Below are positions 7,833 through 15,450 of a DNA stretch of 24,000 nucleotides, one piece after another (positions within the stretch are counted from its first letter, which is position 1; every line of letters begins with the position of its first letter). Below the pieces are notes generated by a model. That model had not been told where the DNA came from, did no database searches, and saw only the letters and a program-made list of their open reading frames with translations. Source of the stretch: Psychromonas sp. CNPT3 (GTDB taxonomy: Bacteria > Pseudomonadota > Gammaproteobacteria > Enterobacterales > Psychromonadaceae); contig NC_020802.1 of the NCBI RefSeq assembly GCF_000153405.2, positions 119,883-143,882 on the forward strand. The letters are read 5' to 3'. The translations under genes were made by a program, and so were the position numbers.

Positions 7833-10185
7833 AATGAGGTAGCTCCAGTATAAGCATGGCACCGCGTTGCAAGTTTGATGCGAGTAAAATTGAGCCATTG
7901 AAGCGTTTTATAATGCTTTGACTAATACTAAGCCCTAAACCTAAGCCCACTTCTTTTGTGGTGGTAAAGGGAGTGAATAAATGTTCGATAATACGTCCGT
8001 CAAAGCCATGACCCGAATCTTCAATTGCAATAATATAAAGCTTGCTCTGGGTGCTAAGAAGGCTGAGAGTGATGTCTTTTTTGGTGCATTTTGCAACCGC
8101 ATCAAATGCATTGACCATGATATTGATTAAGACTTGCTCTAATTGCACGTTATCTGCATATGTGAATAAAGGCTGCTTTATCTGGTTTTTTAAGCTAATA
8201 TTTTCTTGTTTGGCTTTACTGTTTAAAATAGAAAAGGTTTGTTCAATAACCGCGTTGATATCTGTTTTTTTCAATGCGATATCCGCCGGATGTTTTTTTG
8301 AAAAATGACGTAAGTTATTAATAATTTTATTCATTCTTAGGGTTAGTTTTTCAATTTTTCCTACGGCATTGTCAACTTCGTCATAGCGTTGCTGCGAAAC
8401 GGCTAAGGGGATACTAAAAAGATAACTGCTCATCGCATTAAGAGGCTGATTTAGCTCATGAGCCATACTTGTCATCGCTTGGCCGACCACGCTCATTTTA
8501 GCTGCTTGAATCAACTCTGTCTGGGTGTTTTTAAGGTCACTTTCTGTTTTCTTATGCTCTTCAATTTCATAGAGTAAACGCTGATTTGTTTCACTTAAAT
8601 GTAAGGTTTTTTGCGCAACATGGCGCTCTAAAAGTTTTTCTGTTTCGACGTGTTCACTGATATCTGTAATGGTGATAATAATTTTTGTTTGATGGCCTTG
8701 TTTAAAGCGCTGTAATTCTAAATTAATGTGTTGGTGTTGCTCCTCATTAAAAAGAGAAAGCACCACGCTGACTTCTCCGGTGTGATGGAGCTGGCTCCCC
8801 TCTTTAAACTGTATCTGGAGAGCATCTTGATTTTGATAAGAAAATTGCTGCCAATGCAATGCTGCATCATCTTCATCAAGGTGATGAAATAAGCGTTTTG
8901 CCGAAGGGTTTACCGACTCTATTGTCCCCTTTAAGTCACATGTAATAATACTTGCTGGCGTATTATTAATAAGATTAAGCGCATTGGTCCGTTCCATTTC
9001 ATGCATCTGTTGGCAGAATCGCTGTAAGCGCAAACTCAGTAAACCTATTTCGTCATGACCTCTGACATTATTAGGAAAATCAATGCGTCCATTATTAATG
9101 GCATCGAGATTGGCACTTAAATCGTTTAGGCGTTTAACGATACGGTGATTAACAAAGTACAGTGAAACAAAAATACTGATACAAAGCGATAAAGCAAAAC
9201 AAAAAATAAGGTATTGGCTACTTGAGGAGATCAACGTTTGCGTATCTGTTTGTACATTTTTCAATGTTTTTTCTGCACTGTGTACTCTTTTTTTAATTAA
9301 TAGATGCAGGATATTTAACTGTTTGAGTAAAGATAAGTGACTCTTTTGAATATTTAAGTCGAGATTTAAACGGTCGTTCAAAACGCGCTGATAAAGGGCG
9401 TTAGGGCGAATTAATTTACTGAGTTGATCAAATAATTGATGATAAGCGATAGTTGATGAATGGTGAAGCAGGGATCTGTTAGCTACTTCAATTTCATTTA
9501 TTTTATAATTTAAAACATGAAAAGCATTGATCACTTGATAGGGGTGTTGGATCAATTTTAAATCGGTAACTTGGCGTTGTAACTCATGGGTGTTGTTGAT
9601 CAGTTTTTGAATGGCAGAAAACTCTTGGTTGATCCGCTCTAAATTGTCATTACGATGATCAGATTTATTGGCAAGAGTGAGCTGCCACTGTAACTCTTCA
9701 CGTAACGGCTGTAATTCATCATTTATATCGTCTTGGATCCAGCGTATTTTATTTTCTATTTTGTTACTTTCTCTTTTCATATCGATACGTTGTAGCAGCT
9801 GTTTACTGAGAAAATTGATGTCTTTAGAGAGCGTCTTATAGGCGTTATTAAGTTGTGTGGCATCCGGAATGTCGGTAAGGATGGCATTGATCATGTGTAA
9901 TTGTGTATTTAATTGTATGGAGAGATCATTGTTATCTATTTTAGTACTGACATTTTGTATCTTGATGATCATACTTTGTAATTTTGCATTACTGCCTTCG
10001 AGCTCATAACTACTGTTTAGCGTCGGTACGCTTTGCTCGAGAATAGTGCTGACGTGTTTTTCAAGATTATTCCACGTACTTAATGCCATTAAACTAATAA
10101 TGACAATCAGTAATGGGCTACTGGCAAAAGACAGGATCAGTTTATAAGCGATAGTATTACTTTTGATTAATTTCATGTGCGTCAT
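7822..10185 (-). CDS. pgtB: PgtB-like membrane sensor histidine kinase, 787 aa
   Basis: TM1 is about aa 16-37, followed by a Q/L/N-rich predicted periplasmic region of about 287 aa, then TM2 at about aa 325-345. After that come a HAMP-like linker and a PAS-like region. H-box MAHELNQPLNAM (His codon 8458-8460), N-box NIMVNAFDA, G1 DSGHGF, G2 GLGLGLSIS. It overlaps pgtC by 29 nt and pgtA by 11 nt. Confidence 0.7.
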   Translation of the reverse strand: MTHMKLIKSNTIAYKLILSFASSPLLIVIISLMALSTWNNLEKHVSTILEQSVPTLNSSYELEGSNAKLQSMIIKIQNVSTKIDNNDLSIQLNTQLHMINAILTDIPDATQLNNAYKTLSKDINFLSKQLLQRIDMKRESNKIENKIRWIQDDINDELQPLREELQWQLTLANKSDHRNDNLERINQEFSAIQKLINNTHELQRQVTDLKLIQHPYQVINAFHVLNYKINEIEVANRSLLHHSSTIAYHQLFDQLSKLIRPNALYQRVLNDRLNLDLNIQKSHLSLLKQLNILHLLIKKRVHSAEKTLKNVQTDTQTLISSSSQYLIFCFALSLCISIFVSLYFVNHRIVKRLNDLSANLDAINNGRIDFPNNVRGHDEIGLLSLRLQRFCQQMHEMERTNALNLINNTPASIITCDLKGTIESVNPSAKRLFHHLDEDDAALHWQQFSYQNQDALQIQFKEGSQLHHTGEVSVVLSLFNEEQHQHINLELQRFKQGHQTKIIITITDISEHVETEKLLERHVAQKTLHLSETNQRLLYEIEEHKKTESDLKNTQTELIQAAKMSVVGQAMTSMAHELNQPLNAMSSYLFSIPLAVSQQRYDEVDNAVGKIEKLTLRMNKIINNLRHFSKKHPADIALKKTDINAVIEQTFSILNSKAKQENISLKNQIKQPLFTYADNVQLEQVLINIMVNAFDAVAKCTKKDITLSLLSTQSKLYIIAIEDSGHGFDGRIIEHLFTPFTTTKEVGLGLGLSISQSIIKRFNGSILLASNLQRGAMLILELPHYDK

Positions 10186-11443
10186 TTTTTTTGCTAAGTT
10201 GTGAGATGATATTGTTACTATCTTGGATTTGTTTGCTGAGTAAATTTTTCCATTGTAAAATTCGGCCTATTTTTTGAGGGTTCATTTGTTGTGAATTTTG
10301 ATAATAAGTGCTTTCCTCTTGTACTTCTTGCTCTGTGATTGGCAAGGTAAATAACTGATGCTTCGCCTGTTGTATTTTCTTGAGGTGACGCGCGGAATGC
10401 TTATACTTTTTTTGTGCGGTAATAATATTGAGCCAAGCATCTTGTAGCTGTGGCAGTTGCTCACTGATGGCTAAATCAAAGAGACGATTAATAATAAATT
10501 CCCGTGAGATCAGTAAATCTTTATCTAAAAAAAGATTTTTTTGGTGCAAAGGAAGGGCTTTATTAACCGAGTGTTTTGCAAAAGGCGTTTGTATTAAATT
10601 CGACTGTACGTTGTTAGACAATATATATTTAATAAACTTTAATGCCAGTTCGTTTTGTTGCTGTTTTTTAATAATACCGATATAAAGAGGCATCAGTGCC
10701 ACATTGTTTAATGCACTAGAGTCTAAAAAAGGAATGTCGTTTAAATTAACGGCATAGCTTTCTATCACCGCCCCTAAACCGATTTGTCCCCTTGAAATAG
10801 ACTCGCTAACACTAAAACTTCGAGAAGAGATAGTTGCTAAGTTTGCCCCCATATTGAGAATTAAGCGCCAGCCTTTTTGCCAACCATAATGTTGTAAAAT
10901 ACTCTCAATCATTATCTGTGTGGTGCCTGAGCGAGTTGGTGTTGTCATGGTTAGGTGATGAAAATAAATCGCGTTAGTGAGATCTTGCCAGTTGTGCGGA
11001 ATAGGTAAGTTATTGCGTGTTAAGTAGTCGCTATTCCATAATAAAACGGTATTTGAGTAACCAATAATGGCCACTTTTTGGGTGTCTACCAGTGAATGTT
11101 TACTTATCCAGGTTGGAGGCGAAATACTTAAAGGTAGCGTTGCTAATGAATTACTTTCAATTAATTGATTCATTAAAAAAGGGGAAGAGGAGATCACTAA
11201 GCAAATATTATTAATATAATCTTGTCTTAATAGCTTAATACTTGCTTGAGAGCGCCGATAAATTATTTTTATATTAATATCGGGGTTTTTACTTTTAAAG
11301 CCTTTTAATATGATTTGCAGTGGTTTTTCAGATAAAGAGGTCAGAATGATCATATTCTCTTTTTCTTCTCGGCTTTGTGCCGGCAATGACATCAATATTA
11401 TGAGCACAGTAAAAAAACATAAGAAATAGGGTTTGGTCGTCAT
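10157..11443 (-). CDS. pgtC: PgtC-like periplasmic solute-binding-fold regulatory protein, 428 aa
   Basis: N-terminal signal-like segment FLCFFTVLIILMSLPAQS. The body resembles Fe(III)/FbpA-like family-1 binding proteins (IILTSLSEKP..., TPTRSGTTQ). No ABC permease or ATPase partner is present. Instead it is first in an operon with the kinase and regulator, as in the Salmonella pgt locus. Confidence 0.6.
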   Translation of the reverse strand: MTTKPYFLCFFTVLIILMSLPAQSREEKENMIILTSLSEKPLQIILKGFKSKNPDINIKIIYRRSQASIKLLRQDYINNICLVISSSPFLMNQLIESNSLATLPLSISPPTWISKHSLVDTQKVAIIGYSNTVLLWNSDYLTRNNLPIPHNWQDLTNAIYFHHLTMTTPTRSGTTQIMIESILQHYGWQKGWRLILNMGANLATISSRSFSVSESISRGQIGLGAVIESYAVNLNDIPFLDSSALNNVALMPLYIGIIKKQQQNELALKFIKYILSNNVQSNLIQTPFAKHSVNKALPLHQKNLFLDKDLLISREFIINRLFDLAISEQLPQLQDAWLNIITAQKKYKHSARHLKKIQQAKHQLFTLPITEQEVQEESTYYQNSQQMNPQKIGRILQWKNLLSKQIQDSNNIISQLSKKNDAHEINQK

Positions 11444-11504
11444 TTTTATCTTCCTTTATTGAGCCCTGTTTACACAGAAACAGACAAATCCATTTAAAAT
11501 ATAC

Positions 11505-11516
11505 GACGCTATTTAT
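11505..11516 (+). repeat. Copy 1 of exact 12-nt direct repeat GACGCTATTTAT in the pgtC/pgtP spacer
   Basis: Read directly from the sequence; identical to 11853-11864. A third copy of the core sits at 11661-11668 (CTATTTAT); extended to CTATTTATTTT (11661-11671) it also matches copy 1's continuation at 11509-11519. Confidence 0.9.
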
Positions 11517-11852
11517 TTTTCGTGTTTGCTTTGATGCTTTTTAGAGCTACCAGTGGGCTGAGATAGGGATCAGAAAGCGATGTTTAAGTCCGCATTTTAA
11601 TCTTTTGATAACGGCCATTTAGCGCATTTTATGACGAAGAATAAGAAGCTAATGATAGCACTATTTATTTTATGATAGTGGCCTTTAAAAAGCACTTTTG
11701 AAAGAAGCTATAAATGAATTTGAGTCAAAACTGTCCCTTTTTAACACTTTCTTTCTGATTGTAAACCCTCGTGTTATGGGCGATTTATCACTATTGTATA
11801 GAAGGGTTTGTGCATAAAACGTCTAATATCACCTGAGTATAAAAGTGAAAGT

Positions 11853-11864
11853 GACGCTATTTAT
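11853..11864 (+). repeat. Copy 2 of exact 12-nt direct repeat GACGCTATTTAT
   Basis: Read directly from the sequence; lies 348 nt downstream of copy 1. Confidence 0.9.
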
Positions 11865-12151
11865 AATGCGCCGCAAAGACGTTTATGCGCTTTTGTGTGA
11901 TTCTAATCAAAAACTAGGCAGATACAGATATATTTTTTTATTTGCTGAGCAGTCAATATTGACCCATTAATTTCCTTATATGTTTTAAATCCCCATTGTT
12001 TATTATATTTTTTTTACTTTTATGGCTTAATTTTAAGTATTTGAGTTATTTTTATCTCAAAATTGCTTTTTTGCCATATTTATTACCTTCCCTGAATATC
12101 CCCTCATCTATTGAACTGCGTAATAACGCAAAAATTAAAATGAGGTGAAAG

Positions 12152-13492
12152 ATGTTTAATTTTTTTAAAACACGAGCAGATCTTCCCGTGCAAGGAACGA
12201 CGGAAGAGATCCAAAAGAAATATAAATCTTATCAATGGCAAGTTTTTCTTGGATTGGTATTTGGTTACGCCATTTTTTATGTGGTGCGATTAAGTTTAGG
12301 TGTGGTTAAAAAGCCGATGTTAGATGCTGACATCGTTACTTTGGCTGAGCTAGGTTTTATGGGCTCGGCTTTTTTCTTTACGTATGCTATCGGTAAGTTC
12401 TCCAACGGTTTGTTGTCTGATTATGCGAATATCGGCAGATTTATGTCGGTCTCTCTTTTCCTTTCAGGTCTCGCCGCAATTGGTATGGGCATGAACACCG
12501 CTAGTATGTTCTTCATTTTATTATGGGGCTTAAATGGTTGGTTTCAGTCAGTTGGCTCAGCGCCATCATGTGTGTCTTTGTTTCAGTGGTTCTCTCCTAA
12601 ACAACGTGGTAGTCGATATGCGCTTTGGGCCGGCTCTCGTAATATAGGTGAAGCCATTACGTGGATCTTAACGGCTTCTTTAGTGAGCTATTATGGTTGG
12701 CAAGCCGGTTTTATCGGCGCGGGTATTGCGGCTGTTTGTGCATCGATTTGTATGTTCAAAGTTTTAAAAGATCGCCCTCAAACTTATGGTTTACCAGATG
12801 CAGCAACGGCTTTTGGTGAAGACTCAGAAGATAAAGGTAAGAAATTAGACCCACAAGCAATTCGTAAAGCGCAAATGTTTATCTTAAAACAACCGACTTT
12901 ATGGCTGATTGCTGCTGCCTGTGCTTTTATGTATATCTCTCGTTATGCAATGTCTTCTTGGGCTGTTCTGTACCTTCAAGAAACCAAAGGATATAGCTTA
13001 TTAGATGCGGGTTTTGCCATGTCAGCTTACCCAATAGCGGGCCTTTGTGGCGCAATCTTATCCGGTATCATCTCTGATAAAATCTTCAAATCTAACCGTC
13101 ATATTCCTACACTTATGTATGGTATTGCCAACATTGCGGGCATGTGTTTACTCTTTTTTGGACCAACGAGTCACATGGTCGATAGTATTGCTTTGACTCT
13201 GATTGGTTTTGCTATTGGTGGGCTTGTTGTGTTTCTTGCGGGCTTAACGGCATGTGATTTAATGCCTCAAAAAGCAGTGGGCGCGGTGAAAGGCTTTATT
13301 GGACTTTGTGCCTATATTGCCGTCTCGATTCAAGAGCTTGTTTCTGCTTCGTTGATTGATGTGACTATGGTTAATGGCGTTGAAATTTATGACTTTAGCC
13401 GAGCGCAGTATTTTTGGTTGGCGTCTGCAGTGATCTCATTATTCCTTGCCTTAACCGTGTGGAATGCTAAAAAAATCACCATGGACGAATAG
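12152..13492 (+). CDS. pgtP: Phosphoglycerate/PEP:phosphate antiporter PgtP-like MFS transporter (organophosphate:Pi antiporter family), 446 aa
   Basis: About 12 TM segments with a central hydrophilic loop (DRPQTYGLPDAATAFGEDSEDKGKK), which gives a GlpT/UhpT/PgtP-family look. GAGGTGA Shine-Dalgarno is present. The assignment to PgtP rather than GlpT/UhpT rests on the divergent pgtCBA-type regulatory operon. Confidence 0.75.
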   Translation: MFNFFKTRADLPVQGTTEEIQKKYKSYQWQVFLGLVFGYAIFYVVRLSLGVVKKPMLDADIVTLAELGFMGSAFFFTYAIGKFSNGLLSDYANIGRFMSVSLFLSGLAAIGMGMNTASMFFILLWGLNGWFQSVGSAPSCVSLFQWFSPKQRGSRYALWAGSRNIGEAITWILTASLVSYYGWQAGFIGAGIAAVCASICMFKVLKDRPQTYGLPDAATAFGEDSEDKGKKLDPQAIRKAQMFILKQPTLWLIAAACAFMYISRYAMSSWAVLYLQETKGYSLLDAGFAMSAYPIAGLCGAILSGIISDKIFKSNRHIPTLMYGIANIAGMCLLFFGPTSHMVDSIALTLIGFAIGGLVVFLAGLTACDLMPQKAVGAVKGFIGLCAYIAVSIQELVSASLIDVTMVNGVEIYDFSRAQYFWLASAVISLFLALTVWNAKKITMDE

Positions 13493-13502
13493 CATTATTA
13501 GC

Positions 13503-13524
13503 AAGGTGGGTTACGACTCACCTT
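13503..13524 (+). terminator. Hairpin between pgtP and pyk (weak terminator or attenuator)
   Basis: AAGGTGGGT / ACTCACCTT forms a 9-bp stem with one G-U pair and a TACG tetraloop. It is followed by TTCCCCTTTCC, a poor U-tract. Confidence 0.35.
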
Positions 13525-13550
13525 TTCCCCTTTCCAAAATAGAGTAACTT

Positions 13551-15008
13551 ATGTGTAAAACAAAAATAATAGCAACACTTGGACCGGCGAGTCAGTCGGA
13601 GGATATGATCCGTAAGTTGATCCTTGCGGGCGTTAATATCGTGCGCCTTAATTTCTCACACGGAAGTGCACAAGAGCATATAGATTGTGCAAAATTAGTC
13701 AGAAGAATTTCTGCAGAGTTAGGTAAATATGTCGGTGTTTTAGTTGATTTACAAGGGCCTAAAATTCGCATAGCTTGTTTTAAAAATGATGTGGTTGAGC
13801 TTGTTGCTGGTCAACGTTTTGTGTTGGATGCGAAGCTTGCTGAATTTGACGGCAGCGTAAGCGCTGTGGGTTTAGGTTATCCGGATCTTATTGCTGACCT
13901 AAATATCGATGACGTTTTATTGTTAGATGACGGGCGTATACATTTACAAGTGACAGAAGTTAGTAAAGAAGAGCTTAAGGTTACGACCAAAGTGCTTAAT
14001 AGTGGAAAATTATCAAACAGAAAAGGCATTAATTTATTAGGAGGCGGATTGTCAGCGCCTGCATTAACGCCTAAAGATATTGAAGATATGTCCACCGCAG
14101 CCCTTTTAAATGCAGATTTTTTGGCTATTTCATTCCCGCGTAATGCACAAGACATTCATTATGCTCGTAAAAAAGCAAAGGAAGCGGGCTGTGATGTTCA
14201 AATTATAGCAAAAGTTGAGCGCGCTGAAGTAGTTGCTTCGGAGAAGGCGATGGATGAAATGATCCAAGCCGCTGATATTATTATGGTCGCTCGTGGCGAT
14301 CTTGGGGTTGAAATTGGAGATGCACGTTTAGCGAGAATACAAAAACAATTGATATCTCGTTCAAAGTACTTTGCAAAGCCGGTGATCACGGCGACACAAA
14401 TGATGGAATCTATGATTGAGAATCCAATGCCAACTCGCGCAGAGGTGCTTGATATTGCGAATGCAGTAATGGATGGCTCGGATGCCATTATGCTTTCTGC
14501 GGAGTCGGCTGCTGGGCGTTACCCTGTAGAAGCAGTACAAGCGATGGTGCGCATTGCGGCTGGTGCAGAAGAGCCTAATGTTGTTATGCATAAGTGTTGG
14601 GCTGACATTGAGCATCTGTGTCAGGATCCTGGGCAAAGCTTTGCGCTATCGGCGATGCTTTCTGCCTCTCAAGATGATACGCCTGTTGGCATGATCATTA
14701 TCAGCGAAAAAGGTCAAACACCTCGCATCATGTCCCGCTGTCAGAGTTCAGTATATATTTGGGCAGTATCGGATGATATTGAGTTATTAAGAGAATTTTC
14801 AATATTAAGAGGGGTAAAAGCCGTTTATTTTGATTATAAAAAATATTCTCAAGAAGATTTATTCCCTGCTATCTTGGCGCATCTCAAAGCGGATATTAGC
14901 GACAATAACTTAGCTCAGGTGCTCTTTACGCAATGCCAAAACCTCGAAAAGGTGGGTGATTTCAATGTTTGTAGAATGATTTCCTTATCAGAAAAAAATC
15001 ATGTTTAA
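13551..15008 (+). CDS. pyk: Pyruvate kinase, PykA-like (type II), 485 aa
   Basis: Strong PK motifs: TKIIATLGPAS, NFSHGS, DLQGPKIR, MVARGDLGVEIG, ITATQMMESMI, PTRAEV, DAIMLSAESAAG. Overall collinearity with E. coli PykA as I remember it through the catalytic domains. Confidence 0.92.
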   Translation: MCKTKIIATLGPASQSEDMIRKLILAGVNIVRLNFSHGSAQEHIDCAKLVRRISAELGKYVGVLVDLQGPKIRIACFKNDVVELVAGQRFVLDAKLAEFDGSVSAVGLGYPDLIADLNIDDVLLLDDGRIHLQVTEVSKEELKVTTKVLNSGKLSNRKGINLLGGGLSAPALTPKDIEDMSTAALLNADFLAISFPRNAQDIHYARKKAKEAGCDVQIIAKVERAEVVASEKAMDEMIQAADIIMVARGDLGVEIGDARLARIQKQLISRSKYFAKPVITATQMMESMIENPMPTRAEVLDIANAVMDGSDAIMLSAESAAGRYPVEAVQAMVRIAAGAEEPNVVMHKCWADIEHLCQDPGQSFALSAMLSASQDDTPVGMIIISEKGQTPRIMSRCQSSVYIWAVSDDIELLREFSILRGVKAVYFDYKKYSQEDLFPAILAHLKADISDNNLAQVLFTQCQNLEKVGDFNVCRMISLSEKNHV

Positions 15009-15450
15009 TATTGGGTGATTTAGGCAAGTTCGCAATATTGTGATTTGGGGGTAATACCCGGTTAGAAATATTGTTAGTTTATATTTATTAACCTGCCAAG
15101 CATCATAAATGCGCCACATCTTATATTATTTCTCATGCTGTTTTTTAACTTAAATAGTAAATAAAATGAGTTTTAATCTAAAGTGGTGCATACTTTGTTC
15201 ATTTTATTTAAAATCCCGCATTTTAAAAACGTCTTTAACTTCAGACAGACTTCACAAAAATATCACTTTTACGTATACGATTTACACAATTATCTCTGTG
15301 CGTCAGCTCGTATTTTACTTGTTTTTTTTAAAATATAATTATGTCTTAAGGTGAGATACGTGACTGAAGTATCGGTTTAAAATTGGATTTTTTACTACTT
15401 TAGGGCAGCTTATTGTGTGAATAAGCATTACATACCGATAGAGGTACAAC

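Noticed and set aside
7833-7898. 22-codon N-terminal extension of pgtA given by the ORF track (MAQFYSHQTCNAV...).
   Set aside because: It lies wholly inside the pgtB coding end. The receiver domain begins at MINNNLEILLVDDD, and the ATG at 7832 overlaps the pgtB stop in a classic coupling arrangement.
12024-12090. Other sigma-54 promoter-like strings in the pgtP-proximal spacer (TGGCTTAATTTTAAGT; and, on the reverse strand, TGGCAAAAAAGCAA).
   Set aside because: The GG-to-GC spacing is wrong, or the -12 GC is absent. Only the weak 11679-11694 candidate has correct spacing, and it is reported with caveats.
12152-13492. Alternative identity of the MFS carrier as GlpT or UhpT.
   Set aside because: No glpQ, uhpABC or LuxR-type UhpA genes are nearby. 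Instead there is the NtrC-like regulator, kinase and binding-protein trio diagnostic of the pgt system. A residual uncertainty is kept in the confidence score.
13877-14636. Three minus-strand ORFs of 91-96 aa inside pyk.
   Set aside because: They are antisense to an unambiguous pyruvate kinase and have no motifs.
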